Positions 17,959-25,428 of a DNA stretch of 64,000 bases are shown here, piece after piece. Origin of the DNA: Actinomycetota bacterium (GTDB lineage: Bacteria; Actinomycetota; Thermoleophilia; Miltoncostaeales; Miltoncostaeaceae); assembly GCA_046095485.1 (NCBI GenBank), contig JBJTJN010000059.1, forward strand, positions 6,565 through 70,564, in the 5' to 3' direction. Each line of letters starts with the position of its first letter. Within the stretch, counting starts at the first letter, position 1. The notes beneath the pieces are model-generated. The model did no database searches. It saw only the letters and a list, made by a program, of their open reading frames with translations, and had not been told where the DNA came from. The translations under genes and the position numbers were made by a program.

Positions 17959-18105
17959 GCGGTTATTCGCCTCGTTACTCGTTTCCCTGAAAAACCCAAG
18001 GCAATAGTAGCAATTAGCCCGAGAGGGTCGCCGAGGGCGTAACCTCGGAACCCCTGAGGGCCGCCGACCATACCGGGCGAATGGCCGCATGGAGGGGCGA
18101 ACGGC

Positions 18106-18435
18106 GTGTCTGAGACCATCCCGAAGAGCGAGTTCGTGAACCCCGACGCCCGGGTGCGCTGCACAACGCCCGAGTGCTGGGGCGACCTGGTGCTCTTCCC
18201 CACCGGCAACACCGACCAGGACGGCATCCCGGAGTTCGCCAACGCCACGCTGTGCCCGCTGTGCATGACGGGGTTCGAACTCGATCCCGACATCACCGAT
18301 CGCGACCTCTTCCTGCGCGTGTCATGGATGCGCGCCAACCCCGGCGCGCCGCTGCCCGACGAGGTGCGACCCGAGGACATCGGCGGTGAGGGCGGCGCAT
18401 CGGGCGGCGACGACGCGGGTGGGGGGCAGCCCTGA
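18106..18435 (+). CDS. small Cys4 zinc-ribbon-like hypothetical protein
   Basis: ORF 18106..18435 (GTG start, GGAGGGG upstream). CTTPEC ... CPLC pairs. Gly/Asp-rich tail. The stop overlaps the proposed rarA start. Confidence 0.6.
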   Translation: MSETIPKSEFVNPDARVRCTTPECWGDLVLFPTGNTDQDGIPEFANATLCPLCMTGFELDPDITDRDLFLRVSWMRANPGAPLPDEVRPEDIGGEGGASGGDDAGGGQP

Positions 18436-19799
18436 GCAACGTTCCCGACCTGTTCGGTGACGCCGTGGAGCAGGCGCTCAGCGGAACGCGTCCCCTGGCC
18501 GCGCGCATGCGACCGGCGTCGCTCGACGAGGTGGCGGGCCACGCCGACCACCTGGGCGCCGAGGGATTCCTGCGCCGGGCGATCGCCGACGACGACGTCC
18601 CATCGCTCATCCTCTACGGACCACCCGGCACCGGCAAGACCACGCTCGCCCGGGTGGTGGCCACCAGCACGCGGGCTGAGTTCGAGGAGCTCTCGGCCGT
18701 GTCGGCGGGTCTCGCCGACGTGCGGGCCGTCATGCAGCGCGCACGCGACCGGCTGGCGGCGGGCACGCGCACCGTGCTGTTCATCGACGAGATCCACCGC
18801 TTCACCAAGAGCCAGCAGGACGCCCTGCTGCCGGCGGTGGAGGACGGCCTCGTGGTGCTCATCGGCGCCACCACAGAGAACCCCTATTACGAGGTGAACG
18901 CCGCGCTGGTGTCGCGGATGCGCGTGCTGCAGCTGGAGTCGCTGGCGCCCGAGGACATCCTCGCCCTGGTGGAGCGCGCGATATCGGACGACCGCGGACT
19001 GGCCGGCACGGTCACGGTCGACCGGGAGGCGCGCGAGGTGATCGTGCGCATGTCGGGGGGCGACGCCCGCTACGCGCTCAACCTGCTCGAGGCATCCGCC
19101 GGGCTGGCCGGCGACGGGCCCGTGACCTCCGCGGTGGTGGAGCGCGCCGCCGGCGGGCGGGCCGTGGTGTACGACAAGGACGGCGACCAGCACTACAACG
19201 TGATCTCGGCGTTCATCAAGTCGCTGCGCGGCAGTGATCCGGACGCCGCGCTCTACTGGATGGCCGTCATGCTCGAGGGCGGCGAGGACCCGAAGTTCAT
19301 CGCCCGCCGCATGATCGTGGCCGCCAGCGAGGACATCGGCAACGCCGACCCGCGGGCGCTCGAGGTGGCCGTGGCGGCCGCGCGCGCGCTGGAGTTCGTG
19401 GGGCTGCCCGAGGCGCGCATCAACCTGGCGCAGGCGGCCACGTACCTGGCGCTGGCACCCAAGAGCGACGCCGCCTACCGGGGCATCGACGCGGCAATCG
19501 CGCAGGTGCAGGGCGAGGGCGCGCGGGTGCCCCCCATCGCGCTTCGCGACGCCAGCTCCACCAACCGCCGCAACCTGGGCCACGGCGCCGGCTACGTGAA
19601 CCCGCACGGCACGCCGGGGCGCGTCACCGGCGACTCGTGCATGCCCGAGGGCATGGAGGACGTGCGCTTCTACGAGCCCGGTGGGGTGGGCCCTGAGGGC
19701 GAGCTCGCGGCGCGGCTGGCGGCCCTGCGCGCCCGTGCGCGGGGCGCCGCCGGGTTTGACACCATGCCGCCGTCACCGGACCGGGAGGACGACGGGTGA
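18432..19799 (+). CDS. rarA: replication-associated recombination protein A (AAA+ ATPase)
   Basis: ORF 18465..19799. [15 protein letters not shown] (Walker A), [10 protein letters not shown] (Walker B) and the MgsA C-terminal region [23 protein letters not shown]. The usual N-terminal DLF...PLAxRMRP segment starts upstream of GTG 18465, so the start is proposed at CTG 18432 (CTGA overlap with the upstream stop). Confidence 0.9.
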   Translation: MSNVPDLFGDAVEQALSGTRPLAARMRPASLDEVAGHADHLGAEGFLRRAIADDDVPSLILYGPPGTGKTTLARVVATSTRAEFEELSAVSAGLADVRAVMQRARDRLAAGTRTVLFIDEIHRFTKSQQDALLPAVEDGLVVLIGATTENPYYEVNAALVSRMRVLQLESLAPEDILALVERAISDDRGLAGTVTVDREAREVIVRMSGGDARYALNLLEASAGLAGDGPVTSAVVERAAGGRAVVYDKDGDQHYNVISAFIKSLRGSDPDAALYWMAVMLEGGEDPKFIARRMIVAASEDIGNADPRALEVAVAAARALEFVGLPEARINLAQAATYLALAPKSDAAYRGIDAAIAQVQGEGARVPPIALRDASSTNRRNLGHGAGYVNPHGTPGRVTGDSCMPEGMEDVRFYEPGGVGPEGELAARLAALRARARGAAGFDTMPPSPDREDDG

Positions 19800-20464
19800 G
19801 CATCGAGGTGCAGGTGGGGCCGATGTCGGCGGGCGAGTTCCGCCGGCTGTTCCGCTACGCGGAGGCCGAGTCGTCGGGCGAGCGCGTGCAGGGCAAGGCT
19901 GAGGACCCCCTGCGCACGGTGGCCGAGATCATCGTCCGGTACGGCGGAACGGCGCAGGGCGAGGAGGTCTTCCGGGTGTCGCTGCCCGACGACGCCGATG
20001 ACGAGATCTTCGCCATCCGCGCGTCGCTCATCCGCGAGGGGGTATCCCACCGGCTCGAGCAGCAGCTGGACGGCGGGCTCACCGAGGAGGTCTCGTGGCA
20101 CACGCACGGCGACCACGACCACGAGCGCGCGGTGGTGCGCACGCGGCGCGGCGACGTGGCCCTGCTGGCGGCCGCCTGGGCCGAGATGGCCGTGACGTGC
20201 CCCGACATGGAGATCCGCGATCGCCTCAACGACTACTTCTACGTCGACGCCACGGGTCACCACATGACGGAGATCCCGCTCGACGCGGACGAGGGGATCC
20301 CCGACGACGACCGCGAGGTGGGCGGCGTTCCGCTGCTGCTGGGCGACGAGTGGGCGCTGGTGGCCCGCTACCACGGCGACCTGGAGCTGCGCGACCGCCT
20401 GAACGACCTCTTCGCGGGTCGCCGCGAGCTGGGCGTGCCGGGCGAGCCCGACGAGCTCGGATAG
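19796..20464 (+). CDS. acidic hypothetical protein (222 aa) coupled to rarA
   Basis: ORF 19796..20464. GTG overlaps the rarA stop (GTGA). His/Asp cluster WHTHGDHDHE. Duplicated motif MEIRDRLNDYF / LELRDRLNDLF. No family recognised. Confidence 0.6.
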   Translation: MSIEVQVGPMSAGEFRRLFRYAEAESSGERVQGKAEDPLRTVAEIIVRYGGTAQGEEVFRVSLPDDADDEIFAIRASLIREGVSHRLEQQLDGGLTEEVSWHTHGDHDHERAVVRTRRGDVALLAAAWAEMAVTCPDMEIRDRLNDYFYVDATGHHMTEIPLDADEGIPDDDREVGGVPLLLGDEWALVARYHGDLELRDRLNDLFAGRRELGVPGEPDELG

Positions 20465-20468
20465 CGCC

Positions 20469-22268
20469 ATGGCCCCGGGCGGCGACCTCAGCGCGGACGA
20501 GCGCGCGCGCGTCGCGCCCTATGTGACCGACCCCGAGGGCCCGGTGTTCGCGCTGCGCGGCCTGCCCGAGGCCGTGAAGGGCGCGCTGTTCGCCCGCTAC
20601 TCGCGAAGCCCCAACTCGGTGCGGCGAATCCTGCTGGAGGAGTTCCTGCCCGATTCCGCGGGAGCCCCTCCCGGAAGCACGGAGAGCGTGACTGGCACCG
20701 GAACGGTGCACGTGACTGGCACCGGCACGGTGCCTGTCACGGGGGTTCCGCCAGAGGCCCCCTCCGACGTAGGCACCGACCGCGCCCGGGACTTCTTCCA
20801 GCGCGTGCTTGCCGACTACGGCGACGACTCCGTGGCGCAGCTCGGCGGCGCCCACGTGGCGATGGAGGGCGTGAGCAACGTGCTCACCAAGGTGATCGAG
20901 TGGGGACGCCTGGCGTCGTACCTGGAGCAGTCCACCCGCTACGTGCCCTACACCGACCAGGTGGACGGCCGCTGGAAGTACGTGCGCCCGCCCGGCATCT
21001 CAGCCCATCCCGAGTTGCTGGCCCGCTACGAGGCCGTGCTCGACGACGCCTTCGCCACCTACTCGCGGCTGTTCGAGGCCGTGCTCGATCACCTGGTGGC
21101 CGAAGACGACTCGGGCGAGGACGACGCCGCGGCCCGCCGGGCGTTGCGCGCCCGCGCGCTCGATGCCGTGCGCGGCCTGCTGCCCGCGGCCACCACCGCG
21201 AACCTGGGCGTGTACGCGTCGGGGCAGGCGTGGGAGCAGCTGATCATCCGCCTGCGCGCGCACCCGCTGGCCGAGGCGCGCGAGGCCGGCGACCTGGTGC
21301 TCACCGCGCTGCGCGAGGTGATCCCCGACTTCCTCACCCGGGTGGACCGCCCGGACCGCGGGGAGCGCACGGGCGCGTACCGCCGGGCCACCGAGCAGCG
21401 CGCGGCGGCGATGTGGGAGGAGCTGGCCGCAGGCGCAGAGAGCGTGACTGGCACCGGAACGGTGCCTGTCACGGGGGTTGGGGCCACGGGAACCCCGGTG
21501 ACAGTCACCGTTCCGGTGACAGTCACCCCCTCGGGTGCTCCGTCCGCCACCCCTGGCGCCCCGTCCGCGGCAGCTGCGGTTCGGCTGGTCGACCATGAAC
21601 CCGATGGGGAGCGGCGCGTGCTTGCCCATGCGCTGTGGCCGGAGTCCGGGTGCACGATCGATGAGGTGCGCGCCCGGGTGGACACGCTCGACGGCTCCGC
21701 GGTGCGCAGCGCGCTGGCGCAGTGGGCCGCGGGGCGCGCCGATCGTCGCGAGCGGCCCGGGCGCGCGCTCGAGGCCACCTCGTACCTGTTCGAGGTCACG
21801 TGCGACTACGGCGCCTACCGCGACCTGCAGCGCCATCGCATCCTCACGCTCGAGGCCCAGCCGCTCGGCGCCGACCTCGGGTGGGAACCGTCGCCCGACG
21901 TGCAGGCCGCAGGGCTGGCCGACGAGTTCGCGCGGGTGAACGAGGCCTCGGCCGATCTGTGGCGCGAGGTGCTCGCCGTGGTGCCGGAGGAGGCGCCCTA
22001 CGCGGTGACCATGGCGCACCGCCTGCGCTTCGCCATGCGCATGAACGCCCGCGAGGCCATGCACCTGATCGAGCTGCGCAGCCAGCCCCAGGGCCACGCG
22101 GCCTACCGGCGCGTTGCGCAGGACATGCTCGTGGCCATCCGCGACGACGCCGGGCAGCCGGGCATCGCCGATCTCATGGGCTTCACCGACATGTCGGGCG
22201 AGGGCGGTCGGCTGGCGCAGGAGCGGCGCACGGAGGCCCGGCGCACCGCTGATACCGTGGATTCCTGA
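20469..22268 (+). CDS. tandem-domain ThyX (Thy1)-like flavoprotein, divergent from canonical thymidylate synthase ThyX
   Basis: ORF 20469..22268. The N-half has LFARYSRS and WGRLASYLEQSTRYV (the S..S.RY part of the ThyX signature, with RHR lost). The C-half has YRDLQRHRILT (RHR retained, S..S.RY lost). Two V/T/G/P-rich insertions are encoded by palindromic DNA repeats. Confidence 0.7.
   Translation: MAPGGDLSADERARVAPYVTDPEGPVFALRGLPEAVKGALFARYSRSPNSVRRILLEEFLPDSAGAPPGSTESVTGTGTVHVTGTGTVPVTGVPPEAPSDVGTDRARDFFQRVLADYGDDSVAQLGGAHVAMEGVSNVLTKVIEWGRLASYLEQSTRYVPYTDQVDGRWKYVRPPGISAHPELLARYEAVLDDAFATYSRLFEAVLDHLVAEDDSGEDDAAARRALRARALDAVRGLLPAATTANLGVYASGQAWEQLIIRLRAHPLAEAREAGDLVLTALREVIPDFLTRVDRPDRGERTGAYRRATEQRAAAMWEELAAGAESVTGTGTVPVTGVGATGTPVTVTVPVTVTPSGAPSATPGAPSAAAAVRLVDHEPDGERRVLAHALWPESGCTIDEVRARVDTLDGSAVRSALAQWAAGRADRRERPGRALEATSYLFEVTCDYGAYRDLQRHRILTLEAQPLGADLGWEPSPDVQAAGLADEFARVNEASADLWREVLAVVPEEAPYAVTMAHRLRFAMRMNAREAMHLIELRSQPQGHAAYRRVAQDMLVAIRDDAGQPGIADLMGFTDMSGEGGRLAQERRTEARRTADTVDS
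20682..20747. repeat. hairpin repeat inside the thyX-like ORF, site 1 (about 1.5 units)
   Basis: GAGAGC GTGACTGGCACCG-GAA-CGGTGCAC GTGACTGGCACCG-GCA-CGGTGCCTGTCAC GGGGGTT. Read in frame as ESVTGTGTVHVTGTGTVPVTGV. Shares 28 + 21 identical nt with site 2. Confidence 0.8.
21438..21530. repeat. hairpin repeat inside the thyX-like ORF, site 2 (one unit plus one inverted unit)
   Basis: GAGAGC GTGACTGGCACCG-GAA-CGGTGCCTGTCAC GGGGG ... CCCCGGTGACAGTCACCG-TTC-CGGTGACAGTCACCCCC. Read in frame as ESVTGTGTVPVTGVGATGTPVTVTVPVTVTP. Confidence 0.8.
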
Positions 22269-23095
22269 TGGCTGCCGACTCCTCACCAATGCGCCTGGGA
22301 GGCATGGCGCTGGCCAATGGCCTCATGGTGCACGGGCCAAGCCAGTGGGCGGCGGCCGTGGTGGACGACGAGGGCCGCACCCTGGTGGCGTCGGGTCCGC
22401 GGCCGCGGCTGTCGGTGGGCCCCCTCGGGCGCATCCCCCTCGCCCGCGGCGTGGTGCGCATGGCGGAGATGCTCATGGTGGTGCCGGCCGTGCGCACGGG
22501 CATGCCCGAGGCGCGCCTGGCGATGGAGGACGCCCCCATGGCGCCGGTGATGGCCGGGTCGATGGCCGCCACCGCGGCGTCGCGCAGGCTGATCCGGTCG
22601 GGCCTGGCCCAGGAGGCCGCGGCCGCCGTGCTGGGCCTGGCGCCGTCGCTTCTCATGATGCGGGTGTCCGACGCATCGGCGTGGCACGCGGTGGAGCACA
22701 AGAGCATCGCGGCGTATGAGCGCGGTGGCGAGGCGGGCATTGCCGACAACGCCGCCGAGCCCAAGGAGCACATGCGGTGCGGCAGCAACCTGGTGCTGCC
22801 GCTGGTGATCGCCACCGCAGCGGGCAACCTGCTGGCACGCCGGCTGCCATCGCGCCGCACCCGCCTGCTGGGCCGCGCCGTGGCCATGGCGGCCGGCATC
22901 GGCGCCGCGGTGGAGGCCTTCGCGTTCGCCGAGCGCAACCCTCGCCACCCGGTATCGCGCGCGGTGCACTGGAGCGGTCATGCGATTCAGGCCGGGTTCG
23001 TCACCCGCGAGCCCGACGAGCAGCAGCTGGCGGTGGGACGGGCGGCGATGGAGGAGATCCTGCGCGCCGAGAGGGCCGTGGGGGCCGGGGCATGA
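22268..23095 (+). CDS. DUF1385 family protein
   Basis: ORF 22268..23095. The ATG shares one base with the upstream stop (TGATG). GGMALANGLMVHG, WHAVEHKSIAAYE and EHMRCGSNL resemble the GG.A...GV.M / HGAEHK / HPRCGT motifs of DUF1385. Hydrophobic C-terminal half. Confidence 0.65.
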   Translation: MAADSSPMRLGGMALANGLMVHGPSQWAAAVVDDEGRTLVASGPRPRLSVGPLGRIPLARGVVRMAEMLMVVPAVRTGMPEARLAMEDAPMAPVMAGSMAATAASRRLIRSGLAQEAAAAVLGLAPSLLMMRVSDASAWHAVEHKSIAAYERGGEAGIADNAAEPKEHMRCGSNLVLPLVIATAAGNLLARRLPSRRTRLLGRAVAMAAGIGAAVEAFAFAERNPRHPVSRAVHWSGHAIQAGFVTREPDEQQLAVGRAAMEEILRAERAVGAGA

Positions 23096-23868
23096 CCACC
23101 ACCCGCACAGGACCGCGCGCCATGCAGAGTGCTGCCGATCACGTCTGCATGGCGCAGCACCCCTGCCCGGCGCATCGGTCCGTGGGCCGCAGCGCGCGGC
23201 GCCCGCGCCCGGGGCGCCGGTCGGTCAGCCGCATCGCCGCGACCCTTGCAGCAGGCGCGGCGCTGGTGGGCGCGGGCGCGGCGCACGCACACATCAGCGT
23301 GCACCCCGACACCGCGGTGCTGCGGGAGTCGACCGAGTTCACGATCCGGGTGCCCGCCGAGGGCGGGCTCACCACCAACCGGGTGCGCGTGATGTTCCCC
23401 CCGCAGGTAACCGTGTACGCCGTTGCAGACGCCCCGGGCTGGACCACGCGAATCCTCCGCAGTCGCGACGGCCGCCTGCGCGCCGCGGAGTGGACCGGCG
23501 GGCTCATCCCGCCCGACCAGTACGCATCGTTCACGGTGCTGGGAACGCCCTTCGAGGAGGGCACGAGTGTGTGGAAGTCGGAGCAGGGACTCACCAACGG
23601 GCAGGTGAAGGCCTGGGCCGGCCCGCCTGAGGTCGACGGCCAGGAGGCACCCGAGACCGGCCCCGGCAAGCCCGGGCCCGCCGCGGCCGTGGTGATCTCG
23701 GCCGAGCCCGCCGCGGTGGCCGGGGGTGGTGGCGACACCGGCACGCTGTGGGCGGCCATCATCGGCATCGCCCTCGGCGCACTGGCGCTGGTGGGCGTGG
23801 GGATGGTGTGGGCATCACGCCCGGCCACGCTGCCGCCCGACGGCCCCGACGACGCCCCGGGGCGATGA
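23092..23868 (+). CDS. YcnI-like (DUF1775) exported copper-binding protein with C-terminal membrane anchor
   Basis: 3' part of ORF 22777..23868. ATG 23092 overlaps the upstream stop (ATGA), but the start is uncertain (ATG 23122 or 23149 possible). Arg-rich signal region GRRSVSRIAATLAAGAALVGAGAAHA, followed by HISVHP (N-terminal His of mature YcnI proteins). TM helix LWAAIIGIALGALALVGVGMVWA near the C-terminus. Confidence 0.7.
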   Translation: MTTTRTGPRAMQSAADHVCMAQHPCPAHRSVGRSARRPRPGRRSVSRIAATLAAGAALVGAGAAHAHISVHPDTAVLRESTEFTIRVPAEGGLTTNRVRVMFPPQVTVYAVADAPGWTTRILRSRDGRLRAAEWTGGLIPPDQYASFTVLGTPFEEGTSVWKSEQGLTNGQVKAWAGPPEVDGQEAPETGPGKPGPAAAVVISAEPAAVAGGGGDTGTLWAAIIGIALGALALVGVGMVWASRPATLPPDGPDDAPGR

Positions 23869-24971
23869 CCAGCACCGCACGCCGCACGCGCCTTGCGCCG
23901 AGCACGTTCCAGCTGCCGGTGGATCGCATGCGCGACGGCTACTACAGCGACGCCTACTTCACGTTCACGCGCGACGTGCTCGAGGGCGACGATCACCACC
24001 CGCGCGTGCTGATGCAGGTGTTCCAGCGCGAGCAGGCCGTGCTCGGCGGCGTGGACGAGGCACTGGCGATCCTCGCGCTGTGCTCGGGGCGCCGCGTGGG
24101 GGATGACTGGGTGGACGGCCATGCGGACATCACGGCCATGGCGCTGCACGACGGCGATGAGATCGCCCCCTGGGAGACCGTGCTGTCGATCGAGGGCGAC
24201 TACTCGCTGTTCGCCCACCTCGAGACCCTCATACTGGGCGCGCTCGGTCGCCGCACCCTGATCAGCCGCAACGTGCGCGCCGTGGTGGAGGCCGCGCGCG
24301 GCAAGCCGATCCTGTACTTCCCCGCGCGCTTCGACCACTGGCAGGTGCAGACCGGCGACGGCTGGGCCGCGCACGTGGCCGGCGCGATCGGCGTGAGCAC
24401 CGACGCCCAGGCGTCATGGTGGGGCGGGCGCGGCATGGGCACCGTGCCCCACGGGCTCATCGCCGCCTACGGCGGTGACACCGTGCTGGCCGCCCGCAAG
24501 TTCGCCGAGCGCTTCGCCGGCGAGCTCAACGTGATCGTGCTCGTGGACTTCGAGAACGACTCCGTGCGCACGGCGCTGGAGGTGGCCGACGCCCTGGGGG
24601 ACGACCTCTGGGGGGTGAGGCTGGACACCTCGAGCACCATGGTGGACCGCAGCCTCTGGCAGGAGATGGGCCGGTTCGACCCCACGGGCGTGGGCCCGGA
24701 GCTCGTGCTGAAGGTGCGCGAGGCCCTCGATCACGCGGGGCACGGCAAGGTGCGCATCGTGGCCTCGGGTGGGTTCGACGCCGAGAAGATCGACGCCTTC
24801 GAGCGGGCCGGCGTGCCCGTGGACGCCTACGGGGTGGGATCGAGCCTGCTGCTGGGCAGCAACGACTTCACGGCCGACGTGGTGCGGGTGGACGGCCGCC
24901 CGTGCGCCAAGGTGGGCCGCGCCGAGACGCCCAACCCGCGGCTCGACCCCGTGGATTTGTCGGTCCGCTGA
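23865..24971 (+). CDS. nicotinate phosphoribosyltransferase family protein (short, archaeal-like type)
   Basis: 3' part of ORF 23748..24971. ATG 23865 overlaps the upstream stop (ATGA). DGYYSDAYFTFTRDVL, GMGTVPHGLIAAYGGD, VLVDFENDSV, GVRLDTSS, VASGGFD and YGVGSSL are typical of type II PRTases of the NAPRT/QPRT family. Confidence 0.75.
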   Translation: MTSTARRTRLAPSTFQLPVDRMRDGYYSDAYFTFTRDVLEGDDHHPRVLMQVFQREQAVLGGVDEALAILALCSGRRVGDDWVDGHADITAMALHDGDEIAPWETVLSIEGDYSLFAHLETLILGALGRRTLISRNVRAVVEAARGKPILYFPARFDHWQVQTGDGWAAHVAGAIGVSTDAQASWWGGRGMGTVPHGLIAAYGGDTVLAARKFAERFAGELNVIVLVDFENDSVRTALEVADALGDDLWGVRLDTSSTMVDRSLWQEMGRFDPTGVGPELVLKVREALDHAGHGKVRIVASGGFDAEKIDAFERAGVPVDAYGVGSSLLLGSNDFTADVVRVDGRPCAKVGRAETPNPRLDPVDLSVR

Positions 24972-24991
24972 CTCCAGTACCCTCCGCGGGG

Positions 24992-25396
24992 ATGCACCTG
25001 GGACTCATCCACCACGTGGGGTACGTGGTCGCCGACCTCGACGCGGAGATCCCGGCCTACCGGGACCTGCTCGGCATGCCGGTGGGCGTGCGCGAGGTGA
25101 TGCCCGAGCAGGGCGTGGAGGCCGTGATGCTGGGGTCGGGCCCCTCATACGTGGAGCTCATCGCCCCGGTGACGGAGGACACCGGCGTGGCCCGGTTCCT
25201 AGCCAAGAAGGGCCCGGGCATGCATCATGTGGCATTCGCCGTTCCCCATCTGCAGTCCACGCTGCAAGAACTGGCAGATGAGGGCGTCGAATTGATTGAC
25301 ACCGCGCCCCGGCGCGGGCTCGGAGGACACCTGGTGGCCTTCCTGCATCCCCGGTCGACGGGCGGGGTACTCACCGAACTCGTCGAAGACCATTGA
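24992..25396 (+). CDS. methylmalonyl-CoA epimerase / VOC (glyoxalase) family protein
   Basis: 3' part of ORF 24902..25396, with ATG 24992 (TACCCT 8 nt upstream). IHHVGYVVADLD, VELIAP, GPGMHHVAFAV and GGVLTELVE match the epimerase pattern. Confidence 0.8.
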   Translation: MHLGLIHHVGYVVADLDAEIPAYRDLLGMPVGVREVMPEQGVEAVMLGSGPSYVELIAPVTEDTGVARFLAKKGPGMHHVAFAVPHLQSTLQELADEGVELIDTAPRRGLGGHLVAFLHPRSTGGVLTELVEDH

Positions 25397-25428
25397 TCGC
25401 TGTGAACACCACGTCGGAGGCCTGACGC

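Noticed and set aside
17959-18105. Conspicuously AT-rich 147-bp region upstream of the moeZ-cysO-cysM operon as a possible SAM/sulfur riboswitch
   Set aside because: Read on the minus strand, it contains a good -10 hexamer (TACTAT) only about 50 nt from the start codon. Only short hairpins are present (CCGAGG-N6-CCTCGG), and I could not fit SAM-I/II/IV or T-box features. It is simpler to read it as two divergent promoters. A covariance-model scan (Rfam) would settle this.
20682-21530. Repeated 30-35-bp palindromic units as a possible CRISPR array
   Set aside because: There are only two clusters, 756 bp apart, inside an intact ORF. Units are adjacent or inverted rather than separated by unique spacers of regular length, and no cas genes are present.
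23092-23160. Cys/His-rich N-terminal stretch (HVCMAQHPCPAH) of the YcnI-like ORF as a cytoplasmic metal-binding domain
   Set aside because: It precedes an Arg-rich signal peptide that would be cleaved before the mature His, so it is more likely part of a long signal n-region or upstream of the true start. No independent support exists.
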